Positions 37,605-47,229 of a DNA stretch of 64,000 nucleotides are shown piece by piece (the first letter of the stretch is position 1; each line of letters starts with the position of its first letter). The stretch comes from Tetramitus jugosus. Taxonomy: Eukaryota > Protista > Heterolobosea. Below the pieces are notes generated by a model that worked only from the letters and a program-made list of their open reading frames with translations, was not told the DNA's origin and made no database searches. The stretch spans positions 434,001 through 498,000 of the forward strand of contig OW569352.1 of the NCBI GenBank assembly GCA_937625935.1, read 5' to 3'. A program made the translations under genes and the position numbers.

Positions 37605-40052
37605 ATGAAAGCCATTCGAAAGCTACACTCGCTAGACTCCTTTAGCTCCAACACCTTTATCGGCAGCACAACATCACAGTCCATCTCAGAAGCAGAGGAC
37701 TATCACAGACAGATTCGACGGCGAGTCAGCAATGTCTCACCCTCCTCTTTTTCACCACTCTCTCGTTCACCTCAAGCTACAACAACTACAACATCAAGTA
37801 CAACGACGACGACGACAATAACAACTGCCTCTTCTCCATCGTCCTCTTCTTCACCACTTTCTGCACTTTTGAACCATGTCAAGCAACACAGTAACTCTCC
37901 ATCATCTTCATCATTCTTATCAGGGAACACTACTACGACCAGTAGTGCTCATTCATCATCAAATACGACAGCTACCGTGATATCACGTATGCCAACATTT
38001 AGAACAACACTCTTACCTGAACAAATTCGAAAATTGCCCTTCTTGTTGGAAAAGGTCATTGATGACCCAGAGGCCAACAACCAATTCATGACCTATCTGC
38101 GCAAGGGTCAATGTCAAGATGAGCTCTTGTTTCTCAATGCACTGCGCATGATGTCACAGTGCAACAATCAACAAGCCAAACGAAAGTGTTCACTAGACAT
38201 TTTCAATCGATTCATCCTTCGAGATTCACCACAGGAGATTAACTTGTCCAATACGGTGCGAACACCTGTTGAACAACATTTTGTGACCATGTTGAGAATG
38301 GGTGTGGACAAGGTGGATAGTCAGATTGATGTGCGGCGTGTCGTGTTTCGTGATGCTGAACTGTCAGTGATGCACATGTTGAACAATCATTCGTTTCCAC
38401 TGTGGAGGAGCAGTGAAGAGTTTATGCATTGGGTACTGAGGAAATCAACGGATTATATTCTGGATTTGACTGATACGACACTGGGTCAAGATGCTAATAA
38501 TAATAATAATAGCAACAATAGTAGTAGTGGTAGTGTCAATGGTTTGGGTGGTGCGGCGAATAACAATGCAAGCAGTAGTCACTTGTTTGGTAAGCATAGT
38601 AGAACGAGTAGTAGGCATTTGAGAACGAGATCCAAAAACAAGAGTCAAGACAATGACAGCAGAGGATCCATGTTCTTGGCTCTCACACCACTGAGTGGTA
38701 GTAGTGCAATTATTAAGAATGATGATGTGGATCACACCGTATCACTGCCTACTCACTCAACGACAACATCGACCATTGAAACAACTCCTAGAGGAGTTGT
38801 GACAACCAACAGCAACAACTGCAACAATATGAATAGCACCATTGGCAGCTCTGATGGTTATGGGGCAATGATGAAGCTTCCATCTCCTTCACCTATACCG
38901 CATCAATCATCTCCCACTCCTTCTTCTTCTTCTTCTTTTTCATCTACTTCTGCTTCCTCATGCTCTGCTTCTTCTTCTCCCTCGTCCTCACCACGTTCTC
39001 CTCTGGCAATTGTGAATAACTTGTTGGCACTAGGTAGAAACAAAATACTCCATTCTGGTCATTCTCACTGTGATGTGATTAATCCACTACCAGGACGAAT
39101 TCAACTTTCAAAGTACTCACTGGACCCGACGCTGAATCCGCAGATTACAGACAGAGATATTGCCTTTTTGTTGCAATCGATTGAAATTACTGATTTGAAT
39201 CCATCAATGATGACTAGCATTTTGAAATGCAATGTGAATCAGAGTGATGCATTACAAAATCATCCATTCGGAGGTTATGCAAGCAGTAGAAACAGATCCG
39301 TATCCAACACTGGCTTTGCTCATCATCTTCATGCCTCTGCATCTGTTGCTTCTTCTTCGTCTTCTGCGATGATTCCTTTGATACCACAGAATTGTCAAAT
39401 ATACAACAAGAGAATCAATTTGGATCATGACTGTAAGGACATGATGCTCATCAAGAGGGAAGCTCGTTTGAACTATCCTCTCGATGCCATTGTCAATACA
39501 AAGTTTGACATTGTTGTCGCTGGTGATTTCTTATCGGAGACCAACATTCCTGTGGATTATATTCAAGTTGATCCCAGCAAGGGCTACTCACTTGCAATTC
39601 AACGAAGAACCGTCATGTACCAATGTCTCAAAAAGTTCCAAAAGAGAGACTATTGTATTGCATCGACCGCTGTTCGCGATGCAGAGACCAATTCGCTCAT
39701 CATTGTGCACAAATCGTGCACTCATAGAAAGGTCCTAACGGACAAAAAATGGCAGCGAGCTTACACGATTAGTGCTGAGGTTTACCAACCAGTCAGCAAC
39801 CACGAAACACTGTTAACAGAGGTCATGTACGTAAGTCGTGGTGGTCTGTCCAAGAAACTCATGGCAAAGTATGCAAAGTTGAGAGCTGAAACTGAATATG
39901 AAGATTTGATGAATAGGCTTCAGAAAAACTACAGCAGAGGATTCCCAGTTCCCACTCGCATGCATGCCATCGGTTTCTGTCTAAAGAATTTTGTAGCTAC
40001 AAATCGTGGCTGTACATGGACTGATGTGAATAAAGCAATGCAACTCGTGTGA
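37605..40052 (+). CDS. RGS-domain protein with a putative C-terminal START-like domain
   Basis: RGS: FMTYLRK..DELLFL..IFNRFI..SPQEINLS..VFRDAE..SFPLW; C-terminal KRDYCIA..IIVHKSC..RAY..V pattern resembles START. Confidence 0.78.
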   Translation: MKAIRKLHSLDSFSSNTFIGSTTSQSISEAEDYHRQIRRRVSNVSPSSFSPLSRSPQATTTTTSSTTTTTTITTASSPSSSSSPLSALLNHVKQHSNSPSSSSFLSGNTTTTSSAHSSSNTTATVISRMPTFRTTLLPEQIRKLPFLLEKVIDDPEANNQFMTYLRKGQCQDELLFLNALRMMSQCNNQQAKRKCSLDIFNRFILRDSPQEINLSNTVRTPVEQHFVTMLRMGVDKVDSQIDVRRVVFRDAELSVMHMLNNHSFPLWRSSEEFMHWVLRKSTDYILDLTDTTLGQDANNNNNSNNSSSGSVNGLGGAANNNASSSHLFGKHSRTSSRHLRTRSKNKSQDNDSRGSMFLALTPLSGSSAIIKNDDVDHTVSLPTHSTTTSTIETTPRGVVTTNSNNCNNMNSTIGSSDGYGAMMKLPSPSPIPHQSSPTPSSSSSFSSTSASSCSASSSPSSSPRSPLAIVNNLLALGRNKILHSGHSHCDVINPLPGRIQLSKYSLDPTLNPQITDRDIAFLLQSIEITDLNPSMMTSILKCNVNQSDALQNHPFGGYASSRNRSVSNTGFAHHLHASASVASSSSSAMIPLIPQNCQIYNKRINLDHDCKDMMLIKREARLNYPLDAIVNTKFDIVVAGDFLSETNIPVDYIQVDPSKGYSLAIQRRTVMYQCLKKFQKRDYCIASTAVRDAETNSLIIVHKSCTHRKVLTDKKWQRAYTISAEVYQPVSNHETLLTEVMYVSRGGLSKKLMAKYAKLRAETEYEDLMNRLQKNYSRGFPVPTRMHAIGFCLKNFVATNRGCTWTDVNKAMQLV

Positions 40053-40129
40053 AACGTTGTTTATGATCAGGATAGTGTATGCTTGCGTTCTGTTTCCTGC
40101 TTCCGCATCGCTGCAAGTTCACGGTTCTA

Positions 40130-42124
40130 TCATTTCGAAGGTACTGATTGATCAGCATGTATTAACTTCTGTTCAGTTGTTTCTTTTAGGAGATTTAACT
40201 GATTGAACATCTCTTTAGTTTCTGGTTGATTGATGACAATTGGCATGAAGTCGGTGATGTATACCTGAATTTGGCGCAGCTGCTTTTTAAGTTGCTGCCT
40301 GCCGTTGATGTTAAGGACGTAGGTATTAAGAATTTCAAGACCCTTTGCATAATCTAATGTACCTGAGTCATACTGTCTTAACTTGTATTGAGCCAAACCA
40401 CGGTTGAGATAAGCCACTTCAAATTCTGAATTCAACTTTAGAGCTTCATTGTAATCTGCAATCGCTTTTTCGTACTGACCAAGCTGATTGAAAGCGCAAC
40501 CACGGCTGGTGTAAGCACCCACATCTTCTGGATTTCGCTTTAATGCTTCAGTGTAGTCAGCAATGGCTTTCTCATGCTGACCAAGCTCATTGTAACTCAC
40601 ACCACGATTATGATAAGCATCTGCGTATTCCGCATTTCTCTTTAATGCTTCATTGAAATTATCAATGGCTTCTTCATACTGACCAAGCCTATAATAAACG
40701 CAACCACGGTTGGTATAAGCCTCTGTGTAATCTGAATTTCGTTGGAGCACTTCATCAAAATCAACAATGGCTTTCTCGTGCTGACCAAGCTCGTTGTAAG
40801 CGAAACCACGGTTGAAATAAACAGTCGAATCTTCTGGATTTCGATTTAATGCTTCATTGAAATCCTCAATTGCTTCTTCATACCGATCAAGCTTATTGTA
40901 AGTGTAACCACGGCTGGCATAAGCCTCTGTGTATTCTGGATTTCGTTTGAGCGCTTCATTGAAATCAACCAAAGCTGCTTCATGCTTACCAAGCTCATTG
41001 AAAGCAAAACCACGGCTGAGGTAAGGCATTGCGTCATCTGGACTTCGATTTAACGCTTCGTTGAAATCAAAGATAGCTTGTTCATACTGACCAAGCGCAT
41101 TGTAACTCAAACCACGGTTGGAATAAGTCTTTTCATCTTCTGGATCTCGTTTTAGTGCTTCGTCATAATCAGCAATAGCCTTTTCGTAATGACCTAACTG
41201 ATAGTAAGTCAAACCACGGTTGAGATAAGCCACTGCAAATTCTGAATTCAACTTTAGAGCTTCATTGTAATCTGCAATCGCTTTTTCATACTGACCAAGC
41301 TCATAGTATGACCAACCACGATTCTGATAAGCAGTTGCATTGTCTGGACTCCGCTTTAATACTTCATTATAGTCAGCAATGGCTATTTCATACTGACCAA
41401 GCTGATTGAAAGCGCAACCACGGTTGGTATAAGCACCCACATCTTCTGGATTTCGTTTTAATGCTTCATTGTAGTCAATAATAGCCTTTTCAAACATATC
41501 AAGATCATAGTAAGCGGAACCACGGTGGCAATAAGCATCTGCATCTTCTGGATTTCGCTTTAATGCTTCAGTGTAGTCAGCAATGGCTTTCTCATGCTGA
41601 CCAAGCTCATGATAACTCGTACCACGATTGTGATAAGCATCCACGTATTCCCCATTTCGCATTAGTGCTTCATTGAAATCCTCAATTGCTTCCTCATACC
41701 GATCAAGTTTATTGTAAGTGTAACCACGGCTGGAATAAGCCTCTGTGTATTCTGGATTTCGTTGGAGCGCTTCATTGAAATTAGACTCGGCTTCTTCATG
41801 TTGACCAAGCTCGTTGTAAGCGAAACCACGGTTGAAATACACAGTCGCATCTTCTGGATTTCGATTTAATGCTTCATTGAAATCCTCAATTGCTTTTTCA
41901 TACTGACCCAGATCGGTGTAACTCAAACCACGATTGTAAAAGGCATCTATGTATTCTGGGTTCAGCTTCAAAACTTCCGTAAAATCCAGGATGGCTTCTT
42001 CATATTGCTTCTCCGAACTTTTTTTCACAGCACGATTGAAGTACTCTTTTGAAGTCAGCCCTTCGAGTCGAGGTTTCTTGGTTTGTTTTTTCTCGTTTCT
42101 TGAGTTCATTCTTTTTTTTGCCAT
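40130..42124 (-). CDS. TPR tandem-array protein (about 17 x 34 aa) with basic N-terminal NLS-like segment
   Basis: Regular consensus AYxNRGxxYxxLGQYEKAIxDYNEALKRNPE. Confidence 0.95.
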   Translation of the reverse strand: MAKKRMNSRNEKKQTKKPRLEGLTSKEYFNRAVKKSSEKQYEEAILDFTEVLKLNPEYIDAFYNRGLSYTDLGQYEKAIEDFNEALNRNPEDATVYFNRGFAYNELGQHEEAESNFNEALQRNPEYTEAYSSRGYTYNKLDRYEEAIEDFNEALMRNGEYVDAYHNRGTSYHELGQHEKAIADYTEALKRNPEDADAYCHRGSAYYDLDMFEKAIIDYNEALKRNPEDVGAYTNRGCAFNQLGQYEIAIADYNEVLKRSPDNATAYQNRGWSYYELGQYEKAIADYNEALKLNSEFAVAYLNRGLTYYQLGHYEKAIADYDEALKRDPEDEKTYSNRGLSYNALGQYEQAIFDFNEALNRSPDDAMPYLSRGFAFNELGKHEAALVDFNEALKRNPEYTEAYASRGYTYNKLDRYEEAIEDFNEALNRNPEDSTVYFNRGFAYNELGQHEKAIVDFDEVLQRNSDYTEAYTNRGCVYYRLGQYEEAIDNFNEALKRNAEYADAYHNRGVSYNELGQHEKAIADYTEALKRNPEDVGAYTSRGCAFNQLGQYEKAIADYNEALKLNSEFEVAYLNRGLAQYKLRQYDSGTLDYAKGLEILNTYVLNINGRQQLKKQLRQIQVYITDFMPIVINQPETKEMFNQLNLLKETTEQKLIHADQSVPSK
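40315..42050. repeat. Coding tandem repeat, 102-bp unit
   Basis: Recurrent ACCACGGTTG / TGACCAAGCT / GCTTCATTG blocks at 102-nt spacing; boundaries approximate. Confidence 0.9.
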
Positions 42125-42242
42125 ATGGTTTGGTTTTTCTCTTTCTTTTTTGTGCGTAATGTGATTGATTGTAAACGGGAACTATTTTTTTGTTCCGTTA
42201 ATTTACGGCGAGCTGGCGAAGTGTTTAATAAAAATTCTATTG

Positions 42243-42671
42243 TCACGTTTGACATGGAGTTTCTGGCGATGAGCTGGCTGATGGTTCTTCCACATTTAGT
42301 AGATTAGATGCCAGGGTATCATGTCTAGGCAATGGTTGATTGTTACTGTCATGATGGTCAGCATGTTTTAGCTTTGTTTGAATTGTTTCTTTGAGCTGAT
42401 TTAACTGATCTAACATCACTTTAGTTTCCGGTTGATTCAAGATAATAGGCATGAAGTCCGTGATACATGAGTGGATTTGAAAAAAAAGTTTCTTGAAGAA
42501 GATCTCTGTTGTTGTAATTAACAATGTCGTTGAGTGTTTCACTATGAATAATCAGCTCGAACCACGATTGTGATAAGCATCTGTGTATTCTGGGCTCAGC
42601 TTCAAAGCCTCCGTAAAATCCTGGATAGCTTCTTCATGCCCCTTCTCACCTTTCTCCACAGCACGATTAAC
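42243..42671 (-). pseudogene. Collapsed paralogue of the adjacent TPR gene (first TPR and C-terminal cap only)
   Basis: 42561-42670 matches about 41927-42040 (NRAVEK..EEAIQDFTEALKLSPEY..NRG, then stop); 42350-42480 matches about 40145-40273 (ITDFMPII.NQPETK.M.QLN.LKET). Confidence 0.85.
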
Positions 42672-42708
42672 ATTAAAAAAGCCACAACGAGTGAATCAGA
42701 AATAAAGC

Positions 42709-44244
42709 TCAGTTTGTTGATTGTTTATCACAACGAAAGCTTTTTGGTTCCGTTACATCTACGACTAATCGTTGTTTGGGAAGAAGAGGGAACTTTTCCA
42801 AAATGCGCTCTTGGAAGAGAGATTCCTCCAGTAGGCTTCCGTTGAAGTCTCTTAAGACTCTTCGTACTCCTGAAATTCTTGTTGGGCTATCGGGCAGAAT
42901 CTGATTCAAGTGATCCTCTATCATGGAGTTGAGAGTGGACACAGAAACCACCGGGTCAGTGAAAACTCGAATGACAACAGGAGAACGAGTTTGAACTTCG
43001 CTATCTTCCTTTCGGAATCGGAATTCTAGGAAGAGCTCGACAGGAGACTTGTCTGTGGAGAATTGATGATTGCTGTCGCGTGCTGTAACTTTCGCTCGTT
43101 TTGAGGGACTGCTGGTCGAAGCAGAAGGCGTGCCAGAATTATTAACAACCGTTGCTCTTCTTCTCTTTCTTTCCGCTGCCTCTCTGTCCTCTCTCAGTTT
43201 CAAGCACTTGCGATAACAAAAGTGACACACTCGACTGTCTTCGGAAGCCCCAGCACTGTCCGGAAACAATTCTCTGTACTCCTTGGCAAAGGTTGAGTAC
43301 TTGTAAGATCTAACATTTTCACCCATTTCGTTATGGCAACAAGCACAAGGAGTCGTTTGTGGCTCAGCAATAGTGCTCTCTGGGAGTGAGAGTGCCTCCT
43401 CTTCGTTTTTGGATTCATCACCTCCTCCAATGCCCTTTGATGAATTGGTTGCTTGATCAACTTGCTCTGCAAATTGAAATTGCTCATTTGATTCCTCATC
43501 TTCAGCAATAGAAGAAGTTGAAGATGAAGGAGTCAATTCTTCCACTTCTGCGGACTCAACAGCAGACACGCCCCTTCTCTTGCTTTTTCGACCCTTCTTG
43601 GAATTCTTTTTCTCCAGTTCTTTTCTTCTCAGAGTGTACATTTGATTGTAGCAATGTTGACAAACTCTACCTGGTGTTCCGTCATAGCCTGGAAAGAATT
43701 TCATGTAATCCTCCACACTGCGTCTCGTGCTATAGTTCTTGCCAAAGTTACCACGAGAGTTCTTACAAATAATACATACCTTGGCTCCAGAGGATCCACC
43801 TGATTTGGCTCTGGGAATAGATTTGCCATTACCCGAACTTGAGGTATGAATTCTGGGAACAATGTTTTCGACAGAAGATGGAGGAGTTTTTGGTGAGGCT
43901 TGCGGAGAAGAGACAATGGCTTCCTGTTGCTGCGCTGCATGTTCGGATAGAATAGATGGAGGAGTTCGAGAAGTCGACAAGGTACCGAATGAGAAGTTTC
44001 TGTCTTCGTACTTGTCATCGATATTTAGACTGTATTCGAACTCATCTTCTTCATCTTCAACGTCTTCCTCTCGATCAGCAGCAGTAGTTCCTTGAACAGG
44101 GTCAACAGGCTTGTTTTGGAGAGGGTGGCTCGGGTTCGATGGCTGTGTTACATGACGAACACTCGATGGTGCTGCATAGGGTGATGCCTCAGGTTGTTCG
44201 GACAGCGACGCAAGGCCTGAGTTTTGTCCCGAGAAACGTACCAT
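42709..44244 (-). CDS. Hypothetical nuclear protein with two C4 zinc-binding-like modules
   Basis: CIIC..F(P)..RVCQHCY and CACC..FP..RVCHFCY, each followed by a basic tract. Confidence 0.8.
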   Translation of the reverse strand: MVRFSGQNSGLASLSEQPEASPYAAPSSVRHVTQPSNPSHPLQNKPVDPVQGTTAADREEDVEDEEDEFEYSLNIDDKYEDRNFSFGTLSTSRTPPSILSEHAAQQQEAIVSSPQASPKTPPSSVENIVPRIHTSSSGNGKSIPRAKSGGSSGAKVCIICKNSRGNFGKNYSTRRSVEDYMKFFPGYDGTPGRVCQHCYNQMYTLRRKELEKKNSKKGRKSKRRGVSAVESAEVEELTPSSSTSSIAEDEESNEQFQFAEQVDQATNSSKGIGGGDESKNEEEALSLPESTIAEPQTTPCACCHNEMGENVRSYKYSTFAKEYRELFPDSAGASEDSRVCHFCYRKCLKLREDREAAERKRRRATVVNNSGTPSASTSSPSKRAKVTARDSNHQFSTDKSPVELFLEFRFRKEDSEVQTRSPVVIRVFTDPVVSVSTLNSMIEDHLNQILPDSPTRISGVRRVLRDFNGSLLEESLFQERILEKFPLLPKQRLVVDVTEPKSFRCDKQSTN

Positions 44245-44791
44245 TGGAGGTGTGATTTGGTGCCCTTTGAATTTTAGGTTTTGATCTCAGATGAGGAATT
44301 CTCTCAGAGAGGATATATCGTGATTGATCGCGAGATTGCTGTTGTGCCAATCAGCCTGACTGTTTGTATAAGGAGATTTTGCTGTCGTTGTGTACGCGTA
44401 GGATTGGCTTTGGTGGGAATTTAGTCCTGACAGGCCTCGTAAATCTCTCTTGTGGAGCGAACCACAGTGATGTAGGGACCCCGAATAGCCACAGTATCGC
44501 AGCAGAATAACCAATCGGCCTTGAATAAACTTGCTCTTACTAAATTGGCTGATCAGGTTCCAAAATAACTTGTCGGGCAAAAAGTGACGGAATACAACAT
44601 ACTCTCTTAACAATTAAATGGGAAGGCTTCCTTGTTGGTCACTTCTGATTGAGATCTGACTGCTACTGAAACTACTTTCACACAACCTCAAGTGAGGCGC
44701 AGAATCTTGTTCAATCAGAACAGCGAACTCTGATCCTCCGACAACCGGGAAAAAAACCAAAGTAACACAACAACCACCAGAGAGATCACAC

Positions 44792-45634
44792 ATGTCGTCG
44801 AATTCAATCATCACAACAGATGCAACACCATCATCCATACGAACAACAAACACACTTGAGACGGATGACCATGTAGAATACACTGATGTCGATCCAAATG
44901 ATGATACTTTTTCTTCGCGGTATTTTTCACTCATGAGCAACAATGACAAAAACATGTACGATGATGATGATGACAAAGATACCGATAATGATGATGATGA
45001 AGATGAAGATCGTGTGAATAGTAGTGAAAAGGAAGATTTTGATGAACCCATGTCGTCAAACAACAACAAAAATGAAAAAACTGAAACATTTCATCAAAAC
45101 AAGGGTGAAAATGATGAGAATCAAAGGAGGAGAATTCGAGTTCAATTTAGAAACTATACGCCCAGAGATTACGCACTACAAAAATCAGTGCGAAAAGTTC
45201 CGTGTCACTATTTGACCATGGATCACATGTATCCTCGATCAACAACGTCATCTTCTCAAAACAATAACAATAAGAATCGTAAAACGGCAAAAAGTGATGA
45301 GGAAACAAATGAAAATCGAACCATTTATTTCGAGTCACATGAGCAAGTAACAGACTACATTTTGAAACAATTGGTGAATCCAGTGTTGGATCAAGCAAAG
45401 GCGTTTGCAGAGTCAAAAGATCAATCGGATGCCATACTAGAGTTGATACCACAAAAGGTGAATTATGATTTGAAGAGAGATGTGACTGATCGGTTGCAAT
45501 TGCTAGAGAAGAGAACCATGAAGGCACTTGCAGAGATTTTGCAAGAGAAATTATCGCTCGAACAAGATCAAGAGGAGGATGAAGAAGGTGACAGTGACGA
45601 CAATAATGACGAAGAGAGTGATGAAGAAGAATAG
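44792..45634 (+). CDS. CWF18: Cwf18/CCDC12 pre-mRNA splicing factor
   Basis: FRNYTPRD and LIPQKVNYDLKRDV..LEKRT.KAL.E. Confidence 0.85.
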   Translation: MSSNSIITTDATPSSIRTTNTLETDDHVEYTDVDPNDDTFSSRYFSLMSNNDKNMYDDDDDKDTDNDDDEDEDRVNSSEKEDFDEPMSSNNNKNEKTETFHQNKGENDENQRRRIRVQFRNYTPRDYALQKSVRKVPCHYLTMDHMYPRSTTSSSQNNNNKNRKTAKSDEETNENRTIYFESHEQVTDYILKQLVNPVLDQAKAFAESKDQSDAILELIPQKVNYDLKRDVTDRLQLLEKRTMKALAEILQEKLSLEQDQEEDEEGDSDDNNDEESDEEE

Positions 45635-45748
45635 GCTCTCATGAACGATAATCATATGACTAAATACTCTTTTCTAATCTAGCTAGTTCTTGTCTGTTGT
45701 TTATTCACGTTGTGATTACTACTACCTACCTACCCTTTTATTGTTTGC

Positions 45749-46492
45749 TTAATCATCTTCTTCGTCTGGTTCGACTTCATCAGCCTCTGCACGTTCCAAA
45801 TAATTACCCTGATTCGACAATCGAATATAGTCACCAGCCTTGATGTGAGCAGGCAATCGAATCACCAACCCAAAATCTCCTACTTCAACCTTGATGGTTC
45901 GATCAGCTGTTCCTTCACCTTCTCTCACTCGCTTCACCTTTAAGACAAACGTATCTTCTTCAATCTTTGCTCCCAGAATGGTCAACTCACCATCATCATT
46001 CTCATGACCCCACAATCGACAACCCACATTCTTTCTCAACAACTTGTAATCACTTTCCCACACTCTCTCATCATCAATCTCATACTCGATTTCCGAATCA
46101 TCTGCATCTTCAAAATAAAACACTCCATCTTCTTCACTGTAGCCCTTGTACTTGACAACGACACTCGTAGGATCAATCACATCCAACGTATCTGTGCTCT
46201 TCATTCTCTTGCTGTATTTTTTACCAGTGAGAACATCGATAGAGTCCATGGAGATGATTGCACCACCTCTTGATTTATGATTGTGACTGACTTTATCAAT
46301 CTTGTAGTATCTGTTGTTTTCAATGTAGATGCTGCCTTCTTCTGCTCTGTCGAAACGAATGGTGGCATATTGATTCATTTGTTGTTGTTGTTGTACATGA
46401 TGAGAGAAAAGGGATGGTGGTGGTGTTGGTAGTCTCACCAGAGTTTGATGGAGTTTGATGGATGGTGGTGTGTTGAACAGTCTGCGTATCAT
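45749..46492 (-). CDS. Organellar (mitochondrial) elongation factor P-like protein
   Basis: Presequence MIRRLF..; KOW-like domain with HNHKSRGGAII..D.LTG; C-terminal IRLPAHIKAGDYIR..YLERA. Confidence 0.78.
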   Translation of the reverse strand: MIRRLFNTPPSIKLHQTLVRLPTPPPSLFSHHVQQQQQMNQYATIRFDRAEEGSIYIENNRYYKIDKVSHNHKSRGGAIISMDSIDVLTGKKYSKRMKSTDTLDVIDPTSVVVKYKGYSEEDGVFYFEDADDSEIEYEIDDERVWESDYKLLRKNVGCRLWGHENDDGELTILGAKIEEDTFVLKVKRVREGEGTADRTIKVEVGDFGLVIRLPAHIKAGDYIRLSNQGNYLERAEADEVEPDEEDD

Positions 46493-46589
46493 TTTTGTCT
46501 TTGATGTTGTGTTTTTTTGTGTGAAATTTTCGCGCTGTTCATTCGGGGAAAATTGGTTGTTCAAGAAAGAAAACTGGAAACAACAAAAC

Positions 46590-47141
46590 ATGAACAGAAT
46601 CGTTGTTGGTTGTGGTCATCAGATCACAAAACGAGCATTCCTGAGTCAACACAGCAACAAATATCTCATCATACAACAACCATACTTTCACACTTTTTCC
46701 TGCACTGCAAGAATCACATCCAAAACAACGACATCGGAAAAACTATCCAACGAAGAAATGGACAATGAAGATACCACTACCACCGACAATAACAATAAGA
46801 ATGAAAATGTAACCGATTCGAAACCGAAAAAAACATCTGTTTACGAGGCCGATGGCTATGACGCTCCATCCATTGTCAGCAGTTTGCGGAGTGCATTTCA
46901 AAAAACTGAAATTTCTCCGAGTGAACGATTAAAGGAGCAACAACAAGGAGGACCAGGTGTGATTCGGAGGTCTTCGCGATCCATGATGAACATTTTTGCC
47001 TATTTTTCTCAAAATTATTATTTGCTTGCGTTGGCAGTGATTGCCTTCGCATTGTTCTATATGGTGGATCCTGTTGCATTTCGTAATGAACAGAGAAATT
47101 TATCGGCGCGAGCCAAGAGAGAAGAACGAGAAATTGAATAA
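46590..47141 (+). CDS. Hypothetical single-TM protein with mitochondrial-type presequence
   Basis: Basic N-terminus, TM YYLLALAVIAFALFYMV; first ATG at 46590. Confidence 0.7.
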   Translation: MNRIVVGCGHQITKRAFLSQHSNKYLIIQQPYFHTFSCTARITSKTTTSEKLSNEEMDNEDTTTTDNNNKNENVTDSKPKKTSVYEADGYDAPSIVSSLRSAFQKTEISPSERLKEQQQGGPGVIRRSSRSMMNIFAYFSQNYYLLALAVIAFALFYMVDPVAFRNEQRNLSARAKREEREIE

Positions 47142-47229
47142 TAAACAATTGTTGAATAGGAGGTTGAGTTTATTCATTTCCAGGAAGTATAATCTAATTG
47201 CACTGCTCATTCTGTTGTACATTAAGTGG

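Noticed and set aside
40315-42050. Regularly spaced repeats resembling a CRISPR array
   Set aside because: They are in-frame 102-bp coding TPR units in a eukaryotic gene, with no cas genes
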